From contig JALDZX010000046.1 of NCBI GenBank assembly GCA_022813865.1, positions 62,001 through 126,000 of the forward strand: a DNA stretch of 64,000 nt, given 5' to 3'. The position numbers were made by a program, and so were the translations under genes. This DNA is from Xylographa opegraphella. Taxonomy: Eukaryota. This document shows positions 51,471 through 64,000 of this stretch, piece after piece; within the stretch, counting starts at the first letter, position 1; every line of letters begins with the position of its first letter. The notes beneath the pieces were generated by a model. That model was not told where the DNA came from. It was given only the letters and a program-made list of their open reading frames with translations, and searched no databases.

Positions 51471-54296
51471 ATGGATGGTGTTTCGAGCGTTATGGCCGTT
51501 GCCAGCCTTGCGCTACAGCTTGTGGACAGTGTCAAGCAATTGTTAGAAATGCAATCTGCATGCTCTAGTTTTTGTATAGCTGATTTTGCATTGCAGATGC
51601 GACTTCTGGGAGTCTGTCCAGGAAGCTCCAAGCAGAATCAGAGGGCTTGTGGACGATTTGAAGCTCTTTGCAGCAATGCTTGGGGAATTGCAGCATGATG
51701 AAGAGAGCTTTGGTCCCCAGAAAATTACTGTAAGCTGCAAAAGGGTTTCGAGTTCTGGGTATCAAGTCTTGTGTATATATGAATGATATCTCCAATAGTT
51801 GTTGGCACTAGAGTCATGTCGGGTCAAGATCAATGCCCTGCATGCTCTACTTCAGCCAGCAGGCTTCAGTTCTACCAGTAAAGTGGTCAGGAAGTGGACA
51901 GCCGTCAAAACGGTTCTTCGTAGGGACAAGATTGAGCGCTTCAGCAGTGTACTGGAAGGAGCGCGAAGTACATTGGTATCGGCGCAGTTAATTAGCTTGA
52001 GGTATGTCTACCACATGGATTCCTTGAACCTGATTTGAGACTGACCAGAGACTTCTAGACGTCTGAGTCAAAGACAATTCCAGTACCATACATCGACTAG
52101 GTATCGCTCCGAGGACTTGTGTGCTGTTGATGCGGTCCAAGAACACCTAGCCGGTTTACGCATGGAACAGTCTTCTGAGCTTGTGACAACCACGACATCC
52201 GCGCCTTCCATAGCAGAGCACCTTGAAGACATCAGATGTGAGATACGGAAGATGGCCGCCAACATCGCCAACCCTGTCATCAGGACTGGTTGTGAACAAG
52301 GAATGAATGCCGGCTTAGAGCAGACATTCTCTCGTCCCCACCAAGCAGTTCCTATCACGAAACACACATCCGCTCGTTCGGCATCTAGGGATCGAGGCTA
52401 CAGGAAAGCAAGTGTGGTTCTATCTCGTACGGCAAACATGCTCGAGACGTTCTTTGGATCGATCAGCTTTCATACCGAGACCACTAAATCCCTCGTGCAA
52501 GAGAACCCAATTAAGAGATTAGCTCCATCCGAACACTACGAGTACAAGACCAGATTTCGATTGTTTCCATCTTCGTGGTTGATAAACATGGGCCTTGATT
52601 ACACCATCAACTTCACCTTTAAGTCAAATTATCAAGGCTGGCATCAGTGCTTAGACTCAATGAGAGCAGTGCGCGGAGACTCGATGATATTTTGTGCGTG
52701 CGGAGAGGGTGATTTGGCTTTCGTCCGACGCCTTCTGAGTACCGGAGAAGCATCTGTCCGCGATCAAAATCCGAATGGTGTGACACCGTTGCACGTAAGC
52801 CATTGCATGTCTTGTTGAGCTCTCTATGTCTGATTATTTAGATTGCAGCCTATTTCCGACAACCAGTAGTAGTACAGTACTTACTGGAGCACGGGGCAGA
52901 TCCGTCTGCACTAATGCAGACTTGGGACAATTCGCTATTGTGAGCATAATCATCCTATTGTCTGTCTATTAAAACTTGGTGCTAACTGTAGCGAGATCGC
53001 CTATGGAGATAGTGTCTACATTGTCATATGATAATTCAATGGCGCCTTATCGACACAAGTGAGTTATTTGTTTAGTTCATCAGTACATATCTTTGTCGAG
53101 AAAATGTACAGATTCGTATCAGTACTGAGGACTGTCTTTGCGTCAGAAAGGTCCGAAGATGTAGGACTGGTGATTTTTGACTTCACAATTCACTGATGAT
53201 GCATGTCACTGCTCATGGCGGCTTTTGTTGCATTCAAAGTAGATTTACTTTACGGTTCGCATTATGAGCTCATACTTCTACTAGGATGTTTGGTTCCACT
53301 AAGGAGACCCTTGCACACTTCTTTCGTCTCGATGGAGGCATCGGAGATCCTCGCATTGCAGAGATTAGTTATTCAGAAGCCAGATACACAAAAACTCTGA
53401 CCGAAGCTCTGAGTGACGAACACTTTCTCTTTCTACTTGATACGGGTATTGACTGGCTAAATGAAAACGAAAGTGGTAATGCAGAGGTCGTGGAAAACTC
53501 CTATCACTTGATCGATCGCAGTCCATCTGTTGGAAGCATCATTGCGCGATGCATCAACTTGTCACACTCTCGATCGGCCAAGGACAACGTACATTACTTG
53601 GAGACTATAACTTCATTGGCCATGCGTAATCCTTCACAGTTGCAGCGATGGATTAGGCTTTCAACTTCGCTCCATGTCGACTGGTATGATTTTCTTGCTC
53701 AGGAGGTTATGGGGGGACGGCTCGAGGATGATGGCTGGACTATAGCTACTCTCGACGATTTATTCGTCCAGAGGTATATCTGTGACGTAGCCATAGATAC
53801 GATAATACATTGCGAGAGGTGCTATGTCCCGATCAACATTGGGAGGATGGTGGAATGGGAAGAATATGTGGACAGCATCAAGGACGGAACTTTCATCGTG
53901 CGTAAGGATCAGACGCACAAGATACACAAAACAACTCCTACGTTTCGCAAAGCGAATTGCGGCGAGCCCGGCATACCTCGATATGAAGTGACGCACAACA
54001 TTTCAATAACAAAGGAGCGACGGAAGGCCAATAGAGCTCGTAAAGCTATTTTACACCACAAGACGAAGAGACACATTGACGAGCTCCAGTTTTGGAACTG
54101 TTGCCACTGGCCCTACCCCCGCTTCAGGCTGTACCGGACGCGGGAACTCTATGACATATACACCGAAACTGGGCTCTGTCCCTCGTGCGCAGTAGTACAA
54201 GTCGACGAAGGAATGATACACCGGAGCGCCGAGGAGTTGGAATTCCAAGCTTTCATGGATGCCGACGAGGAGCCTCCGATGCTGGCGCCCTTCTGA
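51471..54296 (+). CDS. Fungal STAND N-terminal (HeLo/SesA-like) domain + ankyrin repeat protein; 3' exon joins uncertain
   Basis: MDGVSSVMAVASLALQLVDSVKQL|CDFWESVQEAPSRIRGLVDDL...KWTAVKTVLRRDKIERFSSVLEGARSTL; ankyrins IFCACGEGDLAFVRRLL..GVTPLH|IAAYFRQPVVVQYLLEHGAD; 336-aa terminal ORF. Confidence 0.65.
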
Positions 54297-55485
54297 TACC
54301 GAGTTTGTCGACTCACTTACTCGAACGATTTACAGTGGAGATCCGCTTATTATGATATTGCAATGAGGTTACTCAGTTAGATCCACGACGTACATCACGG
54401 CGGCTTGAGAACCCCCCATCAACAGCGTCGAGGTTCGACAGGTTACAAAATCCAAGGAGCAACGCCGTCATCGACGACGCTGCTGTTCAGGATGTATTCA
54501 CATATAGGCTCTCCGTACTACCTACGCGCTCTCCATCTTCTTTCCGAAACACGACCTATACCGAACGCCCCAAGGGCACTCTTTCCAACACCCCATCTGG
54601 CAGTTATTGCCACGATATACCCACAGCGACCTCGACCAACCTCCCACCGTCCAGCCATTCGACAACCTGCCCCCATCTTCATCTCCAAACCCACCACTCA
54701 CGCGTCGAGCCAGGCCCCATGTACGTGCCTCACATCCCGATTCCGCCACCGATTAGCAATATCCCCCACCGGGGCATTCCTCCACCGAACGTCTCCCCGA
54801 AGCCGACACGACGATTCCCCACCCTGCGTGGCCGGGGACGATTGACCAGTCCTTCGTCTGCTTGAGTAGATTAGATCTAACGTCCAGCAGGAGGAAAACG
54901 CAACGCAACGCAACAGATGCAGCGATCAGCGACGATATTGTCGTCGAACGTGTCGAGGGGGTGTGGTCTGTAGAGGGAGGGCTTTGCCTCCGGAAGGGTG
55001 GTCACGAGGAAGGATTTCATTTGGGGCATGCGCTCGACGGGTGGATATAGATGTAGATGTAGATGTAGACATTAAAAACACCGTCTTATCCTGCTCTGCA
55101 ATCAACGCTGTAGTCACAATATCCCACGACGGCGACCAATCACGCGCACGTAGCAGTATGCCAACCGAGCAAAAGCACAGCACGGACACAGAGCGGCAAC
55201 GCACATTTCTCCCACGCCTTAAATGAGTAGGTACCTTAGGCAGGTACGCTGGTACATAGCATCATATAGAGAGATAAAGTAGCCTAAGCTCGTACGAAAC
55301 CCTCAAAAAAACGCCCAGAATGCTCGCTCCGGCCAAGACATGCACGTCCTCCGTACCCGCCATCTGCATCGAAAGCTCAATACTGTACAAAGAAGAAAAG
55401 AAAGAAAAAAAGTGTCTACCCGCCTTCGTCTCGCACGGCTGTCCACCTCGTTTCTGCCGTATCGCTGTACGCTTCGAGGGGCGCA

Positions 55486-58400
55486 CTACATGCCCCTCCT
55501 GCTCCTCTTCTCGGCGAAGCCGCCTCCGTTCTCGTCCATCCCTCGAACCCGCTTTCTCCCCATGGCGTCCCTCCTCTCCCGCTCGTCTCGTCTCTCTCCG
55601 CCGCTGCCGTTGGTGGCTCCCCATTCAGCACCGTCTCTGCGATCGCTCTCGGCGCGACGGTCGCGGTCCCGGCCCCCCATGTCTTCCCGGCCGCCTCTGC
55701 GGGAGTCCCGGGATGGGAATTCGGGCGGAGGTCCTGGATCCATGTTGCCTCTGTTGCGGTGATCACGTTGGTCCTCTCCATGTCGGGAAGATCTGTCGCT
55801 CTCGCGAGTAGTTGACAAGCTGGGGGCACCATGCCGATCGCGGCTGTGAGAGCGGCTGCTATGGTGGCGGCTCGAGTGATGCTCACTGTCGCGCCAGGGG
55901 GGACGGCTGTGAGCTGGGTCTTCTTCAGGGCGCTGCGGCGTGCCTGTACCACTTGTGGCGCGGTTGGCGAAAAGATCGGCGCGAGCCGGCGGAAAGGTGT
56001 CTTGACGCGAGGACGGTTGATCCTGTCGAGGGAGATGTGGGGTGGGAGGCCCAGAGTTGGTTGGGGAGGAGACACTGTTGGGAAAATTGTTCATGCGACC
56101 ACCTCGACCACGGATGCTGGTCCCTTGAAAGGACCGATCAGAACTTCCGTTCGGGCTGCTGGCTTGTTGCAGGACATTTTGGAGACCGGCAAAGCGCTTG
56201 TCGCCACGGTGTCTATCATTGCTTGGGAATGAAGGACCAGTGGGCGCAGCTTGGGAAAGCCGTGCTGGTATTGCAGGGGTGCCAGGCTGGTTATTGTAAG
56301 GCGCTCTTGGGCCTGCAGGTGGAAAATTAGAGGCAGAAGATGGTGATGTATTGCTTGACGGATGGACCGCGTTAGTTATATCGTTCGGGTTGGTGTCCTG
56401 AATAGCCTTCAAGCGGTCCGGATGCACACTTGCGACATCAGGAGACTCTGCAAGTGGAGTGGACGGAGTGGAAGTTGAGGCTGGAGGAGGTCGAACAAAT
56501 GGTGCCGAGGTTCTCAAAGGTGCCCGATTAGATGCAGGGCCCATGGGAGCTTGCCAGTCATTTGCAGCAGGAGACGGCAAAGAGCCCTGCGATGCAGTAG
56601 AATCGTTATTGTTGCTTGGTGGGTTTTGTAGACTGACACTACGCGCGTTGTTCCTGACCGACGGTACATGGGTACCGTTGGACATTCTTGGTCCTGAAGG
56701 AACATCTGCGTTCAGTCGTCCATATTGTAGGTCCTGTTGTCGTATATTGTTGTTGGAACTCGAATTAAGACGGCCATGACCCGAATCTATCGATTGAGCG
56801 TTTGGAAGAGGCGCTCTCATGCTATCGCGAAAGCGTTCGTTCTGAGCGCCTGAAGGTCCTTCGCCTGGTCGATCGGTTCGCGGACCAGTCGGCGGATGTG
56901 TGTCCTCGTGACGTGAGGAGTGAAGAGAAGGAATATCTTCTGGAATTCTGCGACTATCCGGATCTCGGCGGTCATCATGTATATGCTGATCGTGCCGAGA
57001 AGACCGATGATCGTCTCGTCGAGTCGGCGAGGATGTACGCGAGCTTCTCTGAGACTGAGAATTAGAGTGAGTATCATGACGGGTGGCTTCGATACGCCTA
57101 TCGACATGAGGACCTGAATAACTTCTGTCATTATCTTGAGTTAGATATGCAGTACCAACGCGATCGATATGCTGAGGAACGCCAGACCTCGGCGGTCCCA
57201 TTGGAAGATCCCTTGATGAACGAACTTGATTGTCACTATTCCTCGCATTATCAAAGGCTTCAGGGTGTTGTCTATCTTTTGGGCCGCGGTCTGATCGGTC
57301 GTCACGAATGGAAGATCGAAGTTCTCTGCCAAGTAATCCATGATGACGGTCATTGATAGGTGGTCGATTAGGTAGACTTTTCTCTCCTCCCCAATTTGAA
57401 TCTAGCCGTTCCCGTTCATCATACGACACCCTTTCTGAAGGACGATCCTGAATGCGAGGATATAAACCAGAAGCTTGCCGCTCAGGAACCCGCTCTCGAG
57501 AGTTATCATATGGCCTCGCATTCCGGTTATAGTCAGAATGCCTGGGTTCTCTGAGTTCACGCGTATGACGGTCTCCGAGCCGTTCATCATACCTTTGCTC
57601 ACCTGGCCTAGAAGCTCCTGCCAAAACATCAGGCCGGCTGGGTAAAATATGAGTCTGCCGGTTTGAGTAAGTCGAGTCTGGGAAGTTTCTGCTGGATTCA
57701 GGTCGTTCTGATCTCGTTGAAACCGACGCTTGGCTTGAGGTGAAATTACTTGTTGGTTTGGGCGGGATTCCTTGAGACTGGGGAACATGTGCTATGATCT
57801 CCGGATCTGATTTCTGTTCCGCGTTACCGTTAATGTCTCCTGCATTCGCGACTCCGTTCGACAAGGTAGTTTGGAAGGTCTGATCTGGCTTCTCCGGTTC
57901 ACTCAATGACATCTTGATGTCTTCTGATGATAGCTTTTCGGACTCAATGTCTCCGATGCTTGTGGCTGGTGCTACATTCGTGGTCAAATTCGCCATAGTC
58001 GCATCATCAATCTCTCCATCCTCCGCTTCGAGCCTCCCAGAGGCAGAGGTTATCGGCTTCGGCAGATCGTTATGACTGGTTATGTTAGACAGCGCTCCCA
58101 CCTCCTCAGTTGTGGACTTACGTCGATGAACCGGATGGCTTAAACTCTGGTGCCATGGCATTGAGTGTCTTGTTACCTTCACTCTCAGGCTGGGGCGTAG
58201 TTAGCTTAGCGGAGGTGGATCGGGTCCCGTTGGCACCGTTTACAGCAGCTTTATTCTGATATATATGAGTATGCTGTCTTCAGTACTTCGGATACACGAT
58301 TCTTACTAAGCTGAAAGCCTGCGGTAACACCCAGTCCTTTTCTCGTCGTCTGAGGTTTCCGAGTAGCGAGGTCGCAGCAATCTTCAAATCCTCTCGCTTC

Positions 58401-61400
58401 TCCGTTCTGCTCAGCTCGGTGATAGTCGCAACTTGCGCTTGGCCCATCCAGTTTATCACTGGAAACTGAGTATGTATCGCTCTAAGGATAACGATTGCAT
58501 TGCGCATATGCATATATTCACCGCCAGTGAAACAAGCCTTCAAAGCATTGTGAATGTTCATATGCCATTTCTGCAATACGCGCCGAAAATCTTCGTAATC
58601 CCAGAATGCAAGAATCGTCTTTTCGTCAATCATCTTTTTGGAGAATCCTGGAAGATCCTTCTTCGGCCCGTATGCCTCCTTCTCAAAAACCGCCTTGTCG
58701 GAGTGCCATCTGCTGAGGTCTTTGAGGGTCTCATTCAAGAATCGGCCGATGTTATCAGCTTCTTTCGATGTGCACAAGAAAAACAAAGATGTCAATCTTT
58801 TCCCATTGAACAATTGATCAAAGAGTCCCATGGTGCGAAAGTTCTTCGCACCAGTCGAGTGGAGGAGCTTGAGCATCTTGAAGGTATACATCGCATCTAC
58901 TGGGGAGATCAGAATGCGGGGAAAGAAGCAATGTTCCAACAAGGCAATGTTGAGGGCGTCCCATCTACCCCAGCAGTCCACGAACCAGAACTCTTTTTCT
59001 TTCTGAAGACGAGACCTCGTTTGTTGGTAAGATGAGATCTGTTCCTTCAACTCGATTCTTAATTGGTCCTGCACTTCGGTGAGCAGTTTCTTTTCTCGGT
59101 CCTTCTTTTGGGTCCCAGAAGTGCTAAGGTCCGACCGATCGGAGTTAATGATCGCAATTTTTTTCTTCTGTCGATTGGATTCATCTTCATAGCTTTGAGT
59201 CGGTACAAGCAAGTCGCCCAGCGAGAGCTGCCAAAACGTAACGTAGAATGGCGCACTGAGAACTTCCCAGGTACTGCGTGGGATCTGTGTTCGAAGTCCC
59301 TCCATTAAACTCTGAAGGACAGGATGCCATTGAGGTTCGGAACTGGCTATCCTAGAAAGAGGCGATTGCAAAAGCAGATCTTCTTGAGAGTCTTCTTTCA
59401 TTATCGTGTCCAGAATAAGCTCTTCTCCATTAACAGCAGGCATGGACTCTTCGCTGATCGTCTCAATCAATTTTGAGTTCATGCTGTCGGTATCAATGCC
59501 AGCCATTTCAATATCCTGTTTCTGACCAGAGTCACGACCTTTCTGCTCGGGCGATTGCTTCTTCTCTGCGATTCGATCCGAGGCTTGTGTATTGTATTCC
59601 TTGATTTCCGCAGCGATACTTGGACGGCCGATCCAGAACGCAACGCTTGGTTCGATGCCAAATTCTCCAATGAGACGAGAGACGTTCGGAACCAAAGCAT
59701 CAAAGTCCTTAACTGATAGCCGACTCCGCAAGAGGTCTAAGTATTGCGTAAGGATGCGGTGAATTTCATCGAAAAGATTTCCAAGCAATTTCAAGTGCGC
59801 ATCATGCTCAGGTATTTTGAAAATGCAAGTTTGACGCTCTTGTGCGATAGAGATGAGTAATTGGCCAGCAAGCTTTGGCTCCACCAAGGACTTCATAAGA
59901 CGCTTGGCAGTGAGAGTGGATTCGTGGCGCCTATCGAGTAGCTGCAGCATCGTCTGCGCCTGCAATAAGTCACCTCCAGCCATAGCGAGGACCTGAGCCT
60001 CATTGAAGTTCGTATCGGATACTATCCCACCCATTGAGGACGTAATCTCTTCCAAGACAACTAGATCCGTGGAATTGCCTTTACGGAGTTGTTCTGTGAC
60101 ATATTGCAAGATTGGCGTGGGACTCATAACTGAATAACGTTTGAAGACCTTGCCAGCAAATAGGGCAAGCGCTGCTAACCATCTGCTTGTCAACATACCA
60201 TCAGCTTGGACGTGATTGCGCCCGCGCCCTCCTAACGAGCTCATTAATGACCATGTGAGCACATCATAGCCAAGGTATGTGAAATATCTTGCGCACTCAA
60301 CAACGACATCAACCAAGTTCTCGTACGACTCGATTTGCCCAATAGCAACTGAAAATACGACACCTGGAGATGCAGTTGCGACTTTTGCCAGCGCTCTGGC
60401 CATCGACTTGACGTTTGTCTTGCTTATGCGCTTAAGAACATCTCTGGTCTCTGCTCTGACTTGGTCAAAGGCAGCCTTGATGTCAGGGAGTCTCGACGTT
60501 GCTCCCAAGAACCATTCGGCGTAGATAGAATATCGTGTTTTGGTAGGAAATTGTTTGATAAGCTCGAAAACTTCAGTGACGACTCCTGCGTTAGACTTTG
60601 TCAGACTCAGAGCTGGCACTAATAACCGTTTTGCAAGATCGATCCATCGGGACTTATTGCTCTCAGACATGTCTGTTGCCAAAGAATGATTTCCGATCCG
60701 AGCAAGTTTAACGAGTAAAGCAGGATCCTGTCCTATTTTGACACCACTGTAATTGAGGAAGCTACCACAGAGCGCAAAAACATCATCTACCGTCTGACAT
60801 ATGGGCACGTTGTCGGCCCACTCGTCCCAGTAAAATCGATAGTCTGTGCCTTCGTCGTCTTTATCGAGTTGTAGCCATCGGAGTATCTTCCGAGGCGGCT
60901 GGTCAACCTGACAAATCTGGCCCTTGGGTGCCCCTGACTGATCCAAATCGACAGTCTTATGTTGCTCTTTTAGACCCGTAAAATTCTGCAGTGGTCTAAG
61001 TGGATCATAAACTTTGCCTAGTGAAACATGTGCAATACGGTGAATGTATTCTGGTAAATCGGGGAAAGCGTCTGGCAACCAAGGGAATCGACCGAGAATG
61101 TAGAGCGATTCTGGGATAGCACCGATGCACAGAAGGCTTTTTAGAAGCTGAACCTTCTGATCTGACGGTTCGGGAAGTTCCTCGGGAACCTCCGACTTAG
61201 CGGCAGCAATCGTCTTATCAGAAGCGGTTTCCAGCTTGGCTGGCAATAAATGGCTAGCCTCGACTTCACGAAGCCTTCCAGAGGAAGGTAGCGTATCATC
61301 GGCGAGGGCACCCGCTGCCATAAGAGCATTCATAGCTCCCCCCCCGGGTCTGTTGAGCTTTTCTCGTTCCAATTTCTCCTTCATTTTTTCTACTTTCACC

Positions 61401-63070
61401 GTTTCCATATCTTCGTCTGCGGGCCATAAATGTGGGTATAAGTCTCGAAGCGAGATAAAGCCGATTTTGATGAGTAAAGCAGCTAGATCAATCAAGTTGA
61501 CGGGAAGGACGTCGTTGGGCTCCCTTGTGTTTGAGCTATAGAAACGCAGTTTGAATCCCAGTACTTGAGCTGCGGTTTTGTTTCCAGAAGGTGGAACTGT
61601 ACCAGTAGTCTCCATCCATTTACAGTCGTCATCGAAAGAGCTGATTTCTTCTCCAGAGACCTTCGTATCCAGTGGCTGCGGCAAGCTGGGGTCTGCTTTT
61701 CGCCCGCCAATTTCAAAAAATGCTTTCGTACCAATTTCCCGGACTCTGTTCCAGAATAAAATATCACGGTTAGTCCGGGCGTCATTGATTTTGGCCCTTT
61801 CCGCGTTGTTGGAGCTGAGATATGGGTTTGCATCGGGAAGTGCCCACATAGGAAGGCTTCCGAAGTACGTATTTTTGTCCACGGTTCCCTGTAGTGAGCT
61901 AGGCTGCGGCCACCAGGAACTCACTCTGAGATACTTGACAAAAAACCGATGATGTTTAACAAGAAGTGCGGCGAAGACGTCAAGAGTAACATCAAGCGCC
62001 CTTCCGACATCCAAATCAAAAGTGCCGATCATAGCTTTCACCCTTTCGAATGTGTCCTCCACCACTTCTGCAGAAGGCACCTCGTGCCCACTAGTGGTAA
62101 ATAGTTCTGTTATTAGTTTAGAGTACCCTTCTGTCTCTTCTCGTAGAAGATTGTAGTTCGATTGGCGATAAAGGAGATTTGTCTGGCGCCTTATGCCCAT
62201 CCGCACAAAGGTATTGCGAATAAGCCCCAAGTTTTCTAGAAGGGAGCTCTCCAACTCTTCCCTCATCAGAACAGGCGATATTCCAGTGGCAAGAATCATG
62301 GGTGCGAGCAAAGTATGCGACACATCATTTTCGGTAAGAACTCCAAGGCAATCCAGGAAAATTTGTACTCCTGAAAACGCAGCCGTTGTATGGTCTTCGT
62401 CATCGGTAAGCGACTCGTTCTCAAGTATGTTCTTGACAGCAGACCCAGCATGAGAAGAATCTATGCGCCCATCGAGCCCTGACCTAATCAACTCCTGGAA
62501 TATCGATCCCAAGACCAGAAAATCCTCGTCGAGACATGCCTGTCTTCCAAGCTCAATTATTCTAGTTCGCCCTGCTGATTGCCAGTCGTAACATATATCA
62601 TCTGTGACCTTTTCGTACTGATAGCGGGCCACCGGAGTGACTTGGGGTTGCGGATTGGTTTGAGTAGAAGAAGTCGTTATAGGAACCGATGGCTGCACAT
62701 CAGAAGACTCGATGGGTTCAGCGGGTCGCTGTAGAAGGGGAGCTTGCGGCGGTGACATGGCTTTCGAGGTGATACTTCCCTGACGTGACTGTACAGGTAT
62801 TGCATTCGGGCCATCAAGCGGACTTCTTATAGAGCCACCACGCCCGCCTCTACCACCTCGCCCCCTTCCCCTTCCTCGTTGATCTTGTTGGTCCCTAGGA
62901 AACCCTCCATACTGCGGTGATCCATACTGCTGGGGTGACTGCTGCTGATAGTTCTGCTGGCCCAAGCTGAGACTTCCGGGTCGGTGTGGAGATGGCCGAG
63001 AGCTTTCATTGCTATCATACGAGTATGTCCGGTCTCCGCGCTTGCGCTTTCCTCCTCCATTTGGAGCCAT
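55486..63070 (-). CDS. THO2: THO complex subunit 2 (~2,495 aa)
   Basis: LLYRQSNYNLLREETEGYSKL, IGTFDLDVGR, LKRISKTNVK, QIESYENL, FYVTFWQLSLGDL, EYMHMRNAIVIL, REDLK; introns 58306-58256 and 58121-58076; long RD/RE-rich tail. Confidence 0.95.
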
Positions 63071-63668
63071 GAGCGTAAGGCCCGGAGCAGGGCTACCTAA
63101 CACTGAGACTACCACACTGGCTGCTCATCGGTAGCAGATCGATTTGTTGTCGGGGTTTGTGCCGTAAAAATTGTTTGGGTGGATGAATAAACAAAAATGC
63201 TGGTTGGCGAATGGTCACGGATGCTCAGAGTGGCAGAGAGGGATGAGGTTTCTCGGTCTCGTAACAATTTACGTATCGCGCGTAGTATAGGGAGGATAGA
63301 CGTAGAAGTTGTTTGGAGGAGCTGCCACTCGTAAGCAGGATCGAATTCTGTATTCCAGAACCGTTCTGACAGCTCCCTTTGGTAGATGGCTAGCGCGAAA
63401 TGTCCACGGCCTTTATTTCAGCCCTAAATATGTGTAACGATCCCCACCATTGAAAGCGACAATAGATGCCTCAATGGCATTTTTGACGATTGCGTCACCG
63501 AAGGACTACCGTAGACAAGGGACGGCTATAGACTAGATCTACTCGCGCAGTGCTATCCACGTTTTGTAAATTGTGCTATCCTATCGTGGAGTAAAGGATT
63601 CCAAGTATTCAGAACAGAGCATTTGCCTGACGGAGCACTGACCAGAGCATTCCCAATCTATCTCCACC

Positions 63669-64000
63669 ATGCCGACCAAGCTCTTTGTGTAAGTACACAA
63701 CGCTTACTGCTAGATCCACTTGCTCAAGCTGTCACGCAGTACTGGCTCTACCGGTTATATTGGCGGTGATGCTCTTTATGAAATCGTGCAGGCTCACCCA
63801 GACTACGACGTTACGTGTCTAGTACGGAACAGCGACAAAGGAGCCAAAGTTGGTAGCCAATATGCAAAGGTGAAGTTAGTCTATGGCACTCTCGATGATG
63901 CCGAAATTCTCGAGGAAGAGGCCAGGAAGGCTGATATTGTTCTGCGTGAGTGTGTCCATTGAGCATACATCACCTTACTAATGCACAATGAACAGACTGT
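63669..64000 (+). CDS. NAD(P)-binding Rossmann-fold protein (epimerase/NmrA-like), truncated by the window end
   Basis: MPTKLFV|TGSTGYIGGDAL (GxxGxxG), VTCLVRN, GTLDD, ADIVL; intron 63689-63739. Confidence 0.8.

Noticed and set aside
54899..55070. Microsatellites (GCAAC)3 and (ATGTAG)3 as a spaced repeat array
   Set aside because: Simple short repeats without spacers; no CRISPR-like structure.

Overview
Gene-dense genomic DNA from a filamentous ascomycete (Pezizomycotina-type GT-AG introns of ~45-90 nt with CTRAC/CTAAC branch sites); the species cannot be determined from this window. Conserved genes recognised: ALG5, ATG3, a Wsc1-type cell-wall sensor, a cyclin-L-like protein, a DUF3445 protein, ATG33, SPS19, an MFS transporter, a Zn2Cys6 regulator, a BTB protein, a BRCT-WGR PARP, an enoyl-CoA hydratase/isomerase, CPA1/arg-2 with its intron-split arginine attenuator uORF, a HeLo/SesA-like + ankyrin protein, THO2 and the start of an NAD(P)-binding oxidoreductase. 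Accessory material: a TIR-bounded element spanning a 79-N gap, three apparent pseudogenes (alpha/beta hydrolase, BTB paralog, GNAT) and several short tandem duplications. I found no convincing novel multi-gene system. The best leads are (i) a PAM2 motif in a small THO2 exon missed by the ORF track, with an EDGEI motif just downstream, (ii) recurrent GC-rich islands that switch from C-rich to G-rich regardless of gene orientation, (iii) the NACHT-less HeLo-like/ankyrin gene and (iv) in-frame alternative donors in the Wsc sensor. Exon boundaries were read by eye; no database searches were run.
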